From the NCBI GenBank assembly GCA_963849085.1, contig CAWKFP010000007.1:20893-84892 (forward strand): 64,000 nt of DNA, in the 5' to 3' direction. Position numbers and translations under genes: made by a program. This DNA comes from an uncultured Solirubrobacteraceae bacterium. GTDB lineage: Bacteria > Actinomycetota > Thermoleophilia > Solirubrobacterales > Solirubrobacteraceae. This document shows, piece by piece, positions 39,408-48,417 of the stretch; the first letter of the stretch is position 1, and each line of letters begins with the position of its first letter. A model generated the notes under the pieces. It saw only the letters and a program-made list of their open reading frames with translations, did not search any database and was not told the origin of the DNA.

Positions 39408-39788
39408 TCAGTGGACCGCGATCAGGTCGACGACGAAGACGAGCGTCTCGTCGGGACCGATCACCCGGCCGGCCCCGCGCTTGCCGTAGGCGAGCATCGG
39501 CGGGATCGTGATCCGGCGCCGGCCGCCCACCTTCATCCCGGCCACGCCCTGATCCCAGCCGGAGATCACCTGGCCCTTGCCGAGCGCGAAGCGGAAGGTC
39601 TCCCCGCGGTCCCACGACGCGTCGAACTGCTTGCCGTTGCGCCATGAGACGCCCACATAGTGGACCTCGACGATCCGCCCGGCGACGGCCTCCTCGCCGT
39701 CGCCGACGCTGAGGTCGTCGAGCTCCAGTTGATAGGACGGCGCCTGATCGGCGGGAAGGTCGACGACGGGTTTCTCGAGCTCGGTCAT
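39408..39788 (-). CDS. FKBP-type peptidyl-prolyl cis-trans isomerase
   Basis: VHYVGVSWRNGKQFDASWDRGETFRFALGKGQVISGWDQGVAGMKVGGRRRITIPP. Confidence 0.92.
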   Translation of the reverse strand: MTELEKPVVDLPADQAPSYQLELDDLSVGDGEEAVAGRIVEVHYVGVSWRNGKQFDASWDRGETFRFALGKGQVISGWDQGVAGMKVGGRRRITIPPMLAYGKRGAGRVIGPDETLVFVVDLIAVH

Positions 39789-39808
39789 GATCGCGAAGCT
39801 AGCGCAGC

Positions 39809-40990
39809 TCAGCGGAAGGCGTCGATGCCGGTCAGCGCCCCGCCGACGACGAGCGCGTGGACGTCCGCGGTGCCCTCGTAGGTGACGACCGACTCGAGGT
39901 TGTTCATGTGGCGGATGACCGGGTATTCGAGCGTGACGCCGTTGGCGCCGAGCATCTGCCGGGCGGTCCGGGCCACCTCGAGCGCCGCGTTGACGTTGCC
40001 CAGCTTGCCCATGCTCACCTGCTCGGGAGCGAGCCGGCCGTCATCCTTGAGACGCCCGAGGTGGAGCGCGAGCAGAGCGGCGCGGTTGACCTCCAGCGCC
40101 ATCACCGCCAGCTTCTGCTGCTGGATCTGCGTCGCGGCGATCGGCCGCCCGAACGCGATCCGCTCCTTGCTGTAGGCCAGCGCCGAGTCAAAGCATGCGC
40201 GGGCCGCTCCGACGACGCCCCAGACGATCCCGTAGCGGGCCTCGTTCAGGCAGGAGAGCGGGCCGCGCAGCGAGGTCGCCTCCGGGAGCTGCGCCGAGGC
40301 AGGCAGACGCACGTCGTCGAGCAGCAGCTCGGAGGTCACCGACGCCCGCAGCGACAGCTTGCGATGGATGTCCTGGGTGGTGAACCCCTTCGTCCCCCGC
40401 GGAACGAGGAAGCCACGGATGCCCTCGTCGGTGCGGGCCCAGACGACCGCCACCTCGGCTGCCGAGCCGTTGGTGATCCACATCTTCTGCCCGTGGAGGA
40501 TCCAGTCGCCGCCGTCGCGCCGGGCGCGGGTGCGCATCGCTCCCGGATCAGAGCCGGCGTCGGGCTCGGTCAGGCCGAAGCAGCCGATCGCCTCCCCCGC
40601 GGCCATCCGCGGCAGCCACTCCTGCTTCTGCTCCTCGGACCCCCAGCGGTGGATGGCGAACATCGCCAGCGAGCCCTGGACCGAGACGAGGCTGCGCAGC
40701 CCGCTGTCGCCGGCCTCGAGCTCCATGCAGGTCAGCCCGTAGGCGGTCGCGGTCGCGCCCGCACAGCCATAGCCCTCCAGATGCATGCCGAGGACGCCGA
40801 GCTTCCCGAGCGCCGGAGCGAGCTCGAGGGGGATGCGCGCCTCTTCGAACCAGTCGCCGATGTAGGGCAGGACCTGATCGGCGACGAACGCGCGCACGGT
40901 GTCACGGATCATCAGCTCCTCGTCGCTGAGCTGGTCGTCGATGCGCAGGAAGTCGTGGGGACGGATCTCGCGTGAGGTGGTGGCGGTCAT
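39809..40990 (-). CDS. gcdH: glutaryl-CoA dehydrogenase-type acyl-CoA dehydrogenase
   Basis: GCFGLTEPDAGSDPGAM...MWITNGSAAEVAVVWART..IRGFLV...KLSLRASVTSEL closely mirrors the GCDH signature regions as I remember them. Confidence 0.8.
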   Translation of the reverse strand: MTATTSREIRPHDFLRIDDQLSDEELMIRDTVRAFVADQVLPYIGDWFEEARIPLELAPALGKLGVLGMHLEGYGCAGATATAYGLTCMELEAGDSGLRSLVSVQGSLAMFAIHRWGSEEQKQEWLPRMAAGEAIGCFGLTEPDAGSDPGAMRTRARRDGGDWILHGQKMWITNGSAAEVAVVWARTDEGIRGFLVPRGTKGFTTQDIHRKLSLRASVTSELLLDDVRLPASAQLPEATSLRGPLSCLNEARYGIVWGVVGAARACFDSALAYSKERIAFGRPIAATQIQQQKLAVMALEVNRAALLALHLGRLKDDGRLAPEQVSMGKLGNVNAALEVARTARQMLGANGVTLEYPVIRHMNNLESVVTYEGTADVHALVVGGALTGIDAFR

Positions 40991-41157
40991 CGGCGCGGCT
41001 CCTTTGTCGTCTCGGACCGGATCTCCATCCCTGAGACAATGACACGTCGCCGCACTCTCAGCCGGGAAGGAACGGCGCGGAGACGCGTCTTGACCTGTGC
41101 CATCCGGTGAGTCAGCCCGCGCCCGGTCCCGTCACCATCGCCCAAGGAGATCGTCTG

Positions 41158-41649
41158 ATGCCCAGATCACTGCTGTCCCTGCTCGGAGCGAGCGTGCTCG
41201 CGATGGCCGTCGCCGCCTGCGGCTCGAGCTCCAGCTCCACGTCCAGCTCGACGAGCGCCGCGGGCGCGGCGTCATCAGCGACCGCTCCGGCGGCGACGAG
41301 CTCCGCGGCCGCCGCCACGACGACGACCGTCGCGCGCTCGTCGTCGAAGGCCGGCGCGACCGTGCTCTCGATCGCCGCCAACCCGGGCGGCGCGCTGATG
41401 TTCACCAAGCAGACGCTCTCGGCCAAGGCCGGCACGGTGAAGATCGAGTTCACCAACAGCTCTCCGCTCGCTCACAACTTCACGGTGCAGAAGGGCACGG
41501 ACGGGGCCGTCCTCGGCGCCACACCGACGTTCAGCGGCGGGACGAGATCGCTGACCCTGAAACTGGCCGCGGGACTCTACACGTACTACTGCAGCGTGCC
41601 CGGCCACCGAGCGGCGGGGATGCACGGCGTGCTGACCGTCACCCGCTGA
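41158..41649 (+). CDS. cupredoxin (plastocyanin/azurin-like) copper lipoprotein
   Basis: Lipobox AVAAC, Ser/Thr/Ala linker, type-1 Cu ligands LAHNF and YYCSVPGHRAAGMHG. AAGGAG SD. Confidence 0.85.
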   Translation: MPRSLLSLLGASVLAMAVAACGSSSSSTSSSTSAAGAASSATAPAATSSAAAATTTTVARSSSKAGATVLSIAANPGGALMFTKQTLSAKAGTVKIEFTNSSPLAHNFTVQKGTDGAVLGATPTFSGGTRSLTLKLAAGLYTYYCSVPGHRAAGMHGVLTVTR

Positions 41650-41684
41650 CGACGGCTCGGCGGAGCCGTGGATCAGCCTCGACC

Positions 41685-42593
41685 TCAGGTGGAGACCGGC
41701 TTTGCCGGTACGTCGAGCACCGTTCCGGCGAAGATGAGATTGGGGTCTCCGGTCCCGATCCGGGACTCGTTGCGATCCCAGATCGAGACGACCTCCTGCC
41801 AGACCGCTTCGTCGCTGGCGCCTGGCCCGAGCGCTTTCCGGGCGATCGTCCACAGCGAATCGCCGTGCTCCACGACGACTCTGCCCGTCGACGCGGGCGA
41901 TCGCGCGACGCGGGCGCTGACGCGCCGGATGAGCGGCGCGCCCCGGTCCATGAGCGTCACGACCTTGACCATCTCGCCCCGCGTGCCGAGCACGAACGCC
42001 GAGTAGGCGTCGCCCGCGAGGAGATGCATCGTCACGCCGGAGACGAGCGGCGTGGCGTCGCCGGGGCGCATCGCCGACAGGTGATGGGTACCGGGGGTCA
42101 GCGACACATAGGGCGTGGCCTGCGTGTAGGAGAGGCTCTTGACCGCCTCCTTGCCGTCGACGTCGAGCTGGGGGCTGCCGAGTTCAGGGGCGCCGTGGAT
42201 GACGCGCACGAGGCTCGCGCCGGCCCTGCCCCCGCGTGCCTCGTAGACGGCGACGAAGACCTTCATCCGGCGCTCGAGCAGGACGAGATCATAGGACCCG
42301 TTGCCGACGGTCGTCGTGCCCTGGGCGAGCGTCTTGCCGGCGCCCGAGAGGTTCCAGTGGAACCGCCCTGAGCGGATGCTGTGCCATTGCGTCGACTGGC
42401 CGAAGCCGATCACGCCCTGGTCCTCGTCGCCGCTGCCGGTGTTGACGGCGACGGTCACCGAGCCGACGCCCGGCACCCCATGTATGAAGCGAAGGAGAGC
42501 TTTGGCGAGGGCTTGCGCGGGCCAGAGCAGCCAAACGCACAAACCGACGATCAAAGGTGCCAGACTTCGGTTGTGCGGCAGGTTTCTTGTCAC
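41685..42593 (-). CDS. secreted DUF4397 protein with C-terminal LysM domain
   Basis: Two DUF4397-like halves (LRFIHGVPG..., VRVIHGAPE...). LysM: VVEHGDSLWTIARKAL...NLIFAGTVLDVP. GTG 42593 with AAGGAGG SD 6 nt upstream. Confidence 0.75.
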   Translation of the reverse strand: MTRNLPHNRSLAPLIVGLCVWLLWPAQALAKALLRFIHGVPGVGSVTVAVNTGSGDEDQGVIGFGQSTQWHSIRSGRFHWNLSGAGKTLAQGTTTVGNGSYDLVLLERRMKVFVAVYEARGGRAGASLVRVIHGAPELGSPQLDVDGKEAVKSLSYTQATPYVSLTPGTHHLSAMRPGDATPLVSGVTMHLLAGDAYSAFVLGTRGEMVKVVTLMDRGAPLIRRVSARVARSPASTGRVVVEHGDSLWTIARKALGPGASDEAVWQEVVSIWDRNESRIGTGDPNLIFAGTVLDVPAKPVST

Positions 42594-42676
42594 GTGTGCA
42601 GCCTCCTTGCTCGCTTGAACGAGACCGCGAGCCGACACGATTACGTAGCTCTCGCTACCCCAGGTCACTACGAGAC

Positions 42677-43978
42677 ATGCCGAGTCTAGCGACCCGCCGC
42701 TTGATCAGCGCCGCGGCGACGCTCGGGCCGGCGGACCGCGCGCTGCTCAATCTCTGGGTCAATCGCGGGCTCGGCGACGACGCGCTGGCGCGCCTGACGG
42801 GCCTGACGCCGCAGGCCCTGGACGGCCGCCGCCGTCACGCCGTCACATGCCTCAGCGACGAGCTCGGGCTCCCACCCGAGCACGTCCGCTCCGCGCTGGA
42901 CGAGATCGCCGCCGGAGCGAGCGCCGCGGCTCCCGGGTCACCGTTCGCCGACAGCCTCGGAGCCGTCGCGCGGGCGCTCGAGCGCCGGTTCGACAGCGCG
43001 GGACCCGAGCATGCCGGGGCGGGCGGCGCGGAGCCGTCGGCCTCGCGTGGCAACGGCGGCGCAACGGGTCACGACGCCCGCGCGCGGGTGGCCGCGGCGG
43101 TCGCGGCCAACGGCGCCGGGCCCGCCGAAGCGATACCCGTCCCGTCACCCGGCGCGCCGGCGACCAACGGGCGCGTCCACGACGCACCGGTCACAACGGC
43201 GCTCGCGCCGCCGCCGATCTCCTTCGCCGCACCGGCGCTCTCGCCTCCGGGCGGCGGCGGAACCGAGACCGCCGCTCCAATCCGCCGACGCGCCACAGTC
43301 AGCGCGATCGCGATCGTGATCCTGGCGATCGCGGTGCTCGCGATGATCGTGATCCTGGCGATCGCGCTCGGATCCGGCGGCGGGCGGCGCAGCGCCCCGC
43401 GACCGCCCGCCCGGGCCCCGAACGCGGCCTTCAGCAATCCGACCTCGGCGATCAGCACGTCGACCCTGCCGAGGCGCTCGCCGACGCCCGCAACGGCCTC
43501 GCTCACGCCCGACGGCCGCCCGGCCACGTTCGGCCCCCTGCCCGGCGGCCTGGTCGGCGCGCGCGGATCGGCCCAGCTCCTCGGACCCGCCGGACGCCTC
43601 AAGCTGAGGTTGACGGTCAGTGGATTGCCCGCGGTGCGGGGAGGTGGCTATGTGGCCTGGCTGTACGACTCGATCGAGGACTCACAGGCGCTCGGACCGG
43701 TCGCGCCGGTCCGCGGGACAGAGCTCTTCACCCTGCCCGCCGACGCGGCCCGCTACAGCTTCATCGACATCTCCTTCCAGCCGACGGGCGATGCGAATCC
43801 GAGTGGGGCGTCGAAGCTGCGCGCGCCCAACCCCGCCCGCACGACGGTCGTCACCGCGCTCGCCGCCGCCCACCGGCGGCGCGCCTCGACGGCCGGCGCG
43901 CGCCGGCGCCGGCCGCGGGCCCGGCGTCACCTCCGGCGCGACTTCAGACGCAGGAGGAGCAGCAGCACGTCGAAGTAG
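42677..43978 (+). CDS. membrane regulator: sigma-70 region-4-like HTH, one TM helix, RskA-like extracytoplasmic domain
   Basis: N-terminus DRALLNLWVNRGLGDDALARLTGLTPQALDGRRRHAV. TM IAIVILAIAVLAMIVILAIALG. C-terminus GGYVAWLYDS...ISFQPTGDANPSG. The Arg-rich tail overlaps the convergent SDR by 52 nt. Confidence 0.5.
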   Translation: MPSLATRRLISAAATLGPADRALLNLWVNRGLGDDALARLTGLTPQALDGRRRHAVTCLSDELGLPPEHVRSALDEIAAGASAAAPGSPFADSLGAVARALERRFDSAGPEHAGAGGAEPSASRGNGGATGHDARARVAAAVAANGAGPAEAIPVPSPGAPATNGRVHDAPVTTALAPPPISFAAPALSPPGGGGTETAAPIRRRATVSAIAIVILAIAVLAMIVILAIALGSGGGRRSAPRPPARAPNAAFSNPTSAISTSTLPRRSPTPATASLTPDGRPATFGPLPGGLVGARGSAQLLGPAGRLKLRLTVSGLPAVRGGGYVAWLYDSIEDSQALGPVAPVRGTELFTLPADAARYSFIDISFQPTGDANPSGASKLRAPNPARTTVVTALAAAHRRRASTAGARRRRPRARRHLRRDFRRRRSSSTSK

Positions 43979-44754
43979 CGATTCGGCGCCAGCCGCGACA
44001 GGACGTCGACGGCGTGGGCGTCGGGGCCGACGAGGATCCGGCTGCGGCCGCTCGTGACGCCGTCGTGGATGAGCTCGGCCGCCCGCTCGGCGGTCGTCGC
44101 CGCCCGCGCGTCGAACTCACGCGCGGCCTGCGCTCGGGAGCCACCGCCATCGGGATAGCGCGCGTTGAGGGCGATGTTCGTCCTGACGCCGCCGGGATAC
44201 ACCGTGACCGCCCGCACCCCGGTGTCCCGCAGCTCCTGGCGCAGCGCCTCGGTGTAGCCCCGGACCGCGAACTTCGAGGCGCAGTAGGCGCCGTGCTCAG
44301 GGAAGCCGACCAGGCCGAACGCGCTGGACGTGTTGACGATCACGCCTGAATCCTGCGCCAGGAGGATCGGCAGGAACGCCCGGACGCCGTTGGCGACGCC
44401 GCCGAAGTTGATCCCCAGCACCCAATCGTCGTCGGCGACCGTGGCGCCGGCGACCGACTGCGCGATCGTCACGCCGGCGTTGTTGAACACCATGCCGAGC
44501 GGCGCCGGCGCCCACGCCGCCACCTCGGCGGCAAACCCGGCCTGGGCCTCGCGGTCACGGACGTCCAGCGTGCGGGTCAGGACCGGAACCCCGACGAGGG
44601 CGGCTGTCTCGGCAAGCCCGGTCTCGTCCTGGTCGACGAGCGCCAGCGGGCATCCGTGCGCCGCCAGGCGCAGCGCGACCGCGCGCCCGATGCCCGAGGC
44701 GGCGCCCGATATGAACGCCGTCCGGCCGTTCACCGCCACCGTCGTCCGTGTCAT
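43927..44754 (-). CDS. SDR family oxidoreductase
   Basis: ISGAASGIGRA, NNAG, YCASKFAV. ATG 44754 with GAGGGGA SD. Confidence 0.88.
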   Translation of the reverse strand: MTRTTVAVNGRTAFISGAASGIGRAVALRLAAHGCPLALVDQDETGLAETAALVGVPVLTRTLDVRDREAQAGFAAEVAAWAPAPLGMVFNNAGVTIAQSVAGATVADDDWVLGINFGGVANGVRAFLPILLAQDSGVIVNTSSAFGLVGFPEHGAYCASKFAVRGYTEALRQELRDTGVRAVTVYPGGVRTNIALNARYPDGGGSRAQAAREFDARAATTAERAAELIHDGVTSGRSRILVGPDAHAVDVLSRLAPNRYFDVLLLLLRLKSRRR

Positions 44755-44797
44755 CCGTCCCCTCACGTCTCGTCCAGGACGTTAGTCGATGATCGTC

Positions 44798-46300
44798 TCA
44801 GGCGACCGCCGGCGCGCGCGGCCGTCGGGAGCGCGGGAGCTCGACGAGGTAATCGGCGGCGTCGAAGCGAGCGAGGCGGCGCTGATACGCGCGCACGCTA
44901 TCGGGCCACAGGACCGAGTTGCGCCCGGTCACATCGAGATACCAGCTGGCGCAGCCGCCGCTCGTCCAGACGCTGCCCTCCGTGTCGCGATCCAGGCGCT
45001 GGACATAGCGCGCCTGGGCGGCCGCGGTCGGCTCCAGCGTCGCCAGCCCGAGCCGGCGCCGGTGGCCGAGCGCCTGGCGCAGATAGGCGATCTGGGCCTC
45101 GATCATCAGCAGCACCGAGTTGTGCCCGAGGCCCGTGTTCGGGCCGAGCAGGAAGAACAGGTTGGGGAAGCCGGCCACACCGAGCCCGAGGTGGGCCTCC
45201 GGGCTCCCTCCCCACCGGTCGGCGAGCAGCGCCCCGTGGCGCCCGCGAATGTGGTGGCTGACCGGCGGGTCGGTGGCGAGAAAGCCGGTGGCGAAGATGA
45301 TCGTGTCGACGGGGTGGTGGTGCCCGGCGTTGTCGGTGATCCCGGTCTCGGTCACCTCGGCGATGCCCGCGATGATCACGTCGACGTTGTCCCGGCAGAG
45401 CGCCGGATACCAGCGGTCGGAGTTGAGCACCCGCTTGCAGCCGAGGCGATAGCTCGGGATCAGCTTGGCGCGCAGCGCGGGATCGGTGACCTGGCGCTCG
45501 ATCGCCCCCCGCGCCCGGCGTTCGGCCATCCCCATCAGCGCCGGATGGCGAAAACCGAGATGGAGGGCCTCCTGGGCCGAGAAGACGAGCTCGCGGGCCG
45601 CGCTCAGCGCCGCCGGGCGCCGCGTGAACAACCGGCGCCATCGCTCGGGGATCTCCGGATTGCCGCGGGGCATGACCCAGGGCGGAGTGCGCTGGAAAAG
45701 GGCCAGCCGGCCGACCACCGGTGCGATCTCGGGCACGAGCTGGATCGCCGAGGCGCCGGTGCCGATGACCGCGACGCGCCGGCCGCGCAGGTCGTGCTCG
45801 TGGTCCCAGCGCGCGGAGTGGAAGCTGTGGCCCTGGAAACGGTCGATCCCGGTCAGCGACGGGATCATCGGATCGGCGAGCGGGCCGGTGGCCGCGATCA
45901 CGATCTCGGCGACGAACTCGCCCCCCGTCGTGCTCAGCCGCCAGCGCTGCTCCGCGTCGTCCCAGTCGGCGGCCACCAGCTCGTGCCCGTAGCGGATGTG
46001 GGGCTCGATCTCGTGGCGACTCGCCACCACGCGCATGTAGGACCAGATCTCGGCCTGGCCGGCCCACACCCGGCTCCACTCGGGGTTCGGCTCCCCCGCG
46101 TAGCTGTAGAGCACGCTCGGGATGTCGCACGCGCACCCCGGATACGTGTTGTCACGCCAGGTGCCGCCGAGATCGCCGGCCCGCTCGAGGATGACGAAAT
46201 CCTCGACGCCCTCCTCGCGCAGGGCGATCGCCATCCCGATCCCCGACATGCCGGCGCCGATGATGGCGATCGTCACGCGGGCGGTTGTCTCGGTCGCCAC
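44798..46300 (-). CDS. type I Baeyer-Villiger / flavin-containing monooxygenase
   Basis: FAD GxGxxG (IIGAGMSGIG), BVMO fingerprint FQGHSFHSARWD, NADPH GxGxxG (VIGTGASA). GTG start shares one nt with the TetR stop. Confidence 0.85.
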   Translation of the reverse strand: MATETTARVTIAIIGAGMSGIGMAIALREEGVEDFVILERAGDLGGTWRDNTYPGCACDIPSVLYSYAGEPNPEWSRVWAGQAEIWSYMRVVASRHEIEPHIRYGHELVAADWDDAEQRWRLSTTGGEFVAEIVIAATGPLADPMIPSLTGIDRFQGHSFHSARWDHEHDLRGRRVAVIGTGASAIQLVPEIAPVVGRLALFQRTPPWVMPRGNPEIPERWRRLFTRRPAALSAARELVFSAQEALHLGFRHPALMGMAERRARGAIERQVTDPALRAKLIPSYRLGCKRVLNSDRWYPALCRDNVDVIIAGIAEVTETGITDNAGHHHPVDTIIFATGFLATDPPVSHHIRGRHGALLADRWGGSPEAHLGLGVAGFPNLFFLLGPNTGLGHNSVLLMIEAQIAYLRQALGHRRRLGLATLEPTAAAQARYVQRLDRDTEGSVWTSGGCASWYLDVTGRNSVLWPDSVRAYQRRLARFDAADYLVELPRSRRPRAPAVA

Positions 46301-46935
46301 TAGAGCAGCGCCCCGGCGAGGATCGCCTTGATCGTCTCGCCCACGCTCGAGCGCAGCTGGCGCATGTCCCGCCCGCGCTGCACGGAGATGACCGCCAGCT
46401 CCCGCAGGCCGCCGACGATGATGATCGCGGTGTCCATGGTCAGCGCGCGGGCGTTGAGGCCGGGCTGCGCGCGGCGGCTGAACTCGACGAGGTCGACGAG
46501 GAGGGCGGCGAACCGCTCCACCGTGGCGAGCCCGCGATCGGCCCCGGCCTGTCCGAGCCCCGGCATCTCACGAACGAAGCTGCGATACAGCGCGGGCTGC
46601 GCGACGACGCTGTCGATATAGGCGTCGACGGCGCCGTCGACCTGGCGCTCGAGCGGCTCGTCGGGATCGACGGCTCCGGCGACCGCGCGCATCATCGCGT
46701 CGTTGGTGGCGTCGAACAGGGCCAGGAAGCAGGCGTCGCGGTCCTCGAAGTGCTCGTAGAAATTGCGGCGGCTGGTGCGGGCGATCCGGACGACGTCGGC
46801 GACCGTCGTGTCCCGATAGCCCTTCTCCTCGATCGACGCCGCCATCGCGGCGATCAGCCGGTCGCGATGGCCGACGGGCTCTGAGTGCAGCGCCGGCGGG
46901 CGAACCGCCGGCGGCGCCGCCGATCGCTCAGACAC
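46300..46935 (-). CDS. TetR family transcriptional regulator
   Basis: HTH KGYRDTTVADVVRIARTSRRNFYEHF. Overlaps the P450 stop by 8 nt. Confidence 0.88.
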   Translation of the reverse strand: MSERSAAPPAVRPPALHSEPVGHRDRLIAAMAASIEEKGYRDTTVADVVRIARTSRRNFYEHFEDRDACFLALFDATNDAMMRAVAGAVDPDEPLERQVDGAVDAYIDSVVAQPALYRSFVREMPGLGQAGADRGLATVERFAALLVDLVEFSRRAQPGLNARALTMDTAIIIVGGLRELAVISVQRGRDMRQLRSSVGETIKAILAGALL

Positions 46936-48355
46936 CGCGGCGACGGGCGACGGCCACGCGCGCGCCGTGGCGGGGGATCATGGTGACGTTGCGCAGACGG
47001 GGGGCCTCCGGCGCGGGATCCGGCGCGACGAAGTCGACGCGCCGGGCGATCGCCTCGAGCACGACGCGCTGCTCGGCCATCGCCAGCGTCGCTCCGAGGC
47101 AGCGGCGGATGCCGCCGCCGAACGGGATCCAGGTGTAGGTCCCGGGCTTGCGGCCGAGGAAGCGCTCGGGACGGAAATCCGCGGGCTGGGGATAGACGTC
47201 GGTGCGGTGATGGATCCCGATGATGCTGACCGCGACCGGCGTGCGCTCGGGGAGGACGTACTCACCGAAGCGCCATGGCCGGGTGACGAGCCGGACGATC
47301 AGCGGGATGACCGGCCGGCTGCGCATCGTCTCGTGGATCGTCGCCTCGACGTAGGCGCGGCCGTCGGCGCCGGACCGCACCTCCTCGCGCAGGCGGTCGT
47401 AGGCGGGCGCGGTGCGCAGCAGCCGCTCGAAGGACCAGGCCAGCGAGTTGGCCGTCGTCTCGTGCCCGGCGAGCAGCAGCGAGAGCAGCTCGTCGCGCAG
47501 CTCGTGATCGGTCAGCGGCCGGCCCTCCTCGTCGCGGGCGGCGAGCAGCAGCGAGAGGACGTCGTCGCGCGGATCGCCGTCCGAGGCGTTCCGGCGCTCG
47601 GCGATGACCGCGTACATGTGGCGGTCGACCATCCCCAGCAGGCGGGCGAGCACGCCCCGGGGCTCGGGATGACCGGCCTGGCGCAGCTCGATGATGCGGT
47701 ACAGCGGGCTGGTGGAGGCGGCGAGCAGGCGCCGCATCACCTCGCGCATCCGGAACTCGGAGCTCCCGCGCGCCGGCTCGCCGTCGATCCCGAACACGCC
47801 GCGCATGATGACCTGGAGCGTCACCGCCTGCATGCGCGGCCCGAGCGCGAACGGCTCGTGCAGCGCCCAGCTGTCGATCTCCCGCTCGGCCACATCGCCG
47901 ATCATCTCGACGTACCTCGCCACCGCCTCGCCGTGGAAGGGCGGCAGCAGGAGCTTGCGCTGACGCATGTGGCGCTCGCCGACCGACGTCAGGATCGAGT
48001 TCGGGCCGAGGATCGGGCGCAGCGGCGACTCACCGGTCAGCGACGGCGCATCGGCCGGCGACGCGGTCAGCAGCGACCGCAGATGATCGGGATGAGCGGT
48101 GACGATGAAGCGACCGCGCCCCGTCGGGATCCGCAGCTCGAAGACGTCCCCGTAGCGGCGATGAGCGCCGAGGATGAAGCTCAGCGGCCGCGCGCCGAAG
48201 CGGACCCCCTGCAGGACCGCTGAGCCCGGGGCGACCGGTGGCGGGCTCGTAGGGCCGACACCGTCGACCGGTCCGGCCGGCGAGGGCGGAAAGCCCTCGG
48301 CGGGGTCGGCGGACGCCGTGGCCGGCGTGGGGGTGGACTGCGCGACGGCACTCAT
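46928..48355 (-). CDS. cytochrome P450
   Basis: I-helix LLLAGHETT, ExxR (ETMR), heme loop FGGGIRRCLGATLA. ATG 48355. The 838-aa track ORF is an in-frame upstream extension across the neighbouring gene. Confidence 0.9.
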   Translation of the reverse strand: MSAVAQSTPTPATASADPAEGFPPSPAGPVDGVGPTSPPPVAPGSAVLQGVRFGARPLSFILGAHRRYGDVFELRIPTGRGRFIVTAHPDHLRSLLTASPADAPSLTGESPLRPILGPNSILTSVGERHMRQRKLLLPPFHGEAVARYVEMIGDVAEREIDSWALHEPFALGPRMQAVTLQVIMRGVFGIDGEPARGSSEFRMREVMRRLLAASTSPLYRIIELRQAGHPEPRGVLARLLGMVDRHMYAVIAERRNASDGDPRDDVLSLLLAARDEEGRPLTDHELRDELLSLLLAGHETTANSLAWSFERLLRTAPAYDRLREEVRSGADGRAYVEATIHETMRSRPVIPLIVRLVTRPWRFGEYVLPERTPVAVSIIGIHHRTDVYPQPADFRPERFLGRKPGTYTWIPFGGGIRRCLGATLAMAEQRVVLEAIARRVDFVAPDPAPEAPRLRNVTMIPRHGARVAVARRRGV

Positions 48356-48392
48356 GGTACGGGACTGTACCAGGAGCTCGCCGGACCGGCAA
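48355..48392 (-). promoter_or_regulatory. candidate promoter plus palindromic operator at the P450 start (possible leaderless mRNA)
   Basis: On the minus strand: TTGCCG (48392-48387), a 17-nt spacer, then TACAGT (48369-48364), with 8 nt to the ATG. The palindrome TGGTAC-N6-GTACCA (48372-48355) spans the -10 element and abuts the ATG. No SD. Confidence 0.45.
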
Positions 48393-48417
48393 GCGCTGAT
48401 CGGCGACCGGATGCCGC

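Noticed and set aside
44789-46303. 504-aa plus-strand ORF and 412-aa minus off-frame ORF over the BVMO gene.
   Set aside because: The BVMO frame carries both GxGxxG motifs and the FxGxxxHxxxW fingerprint. The others are compositional artefacts.
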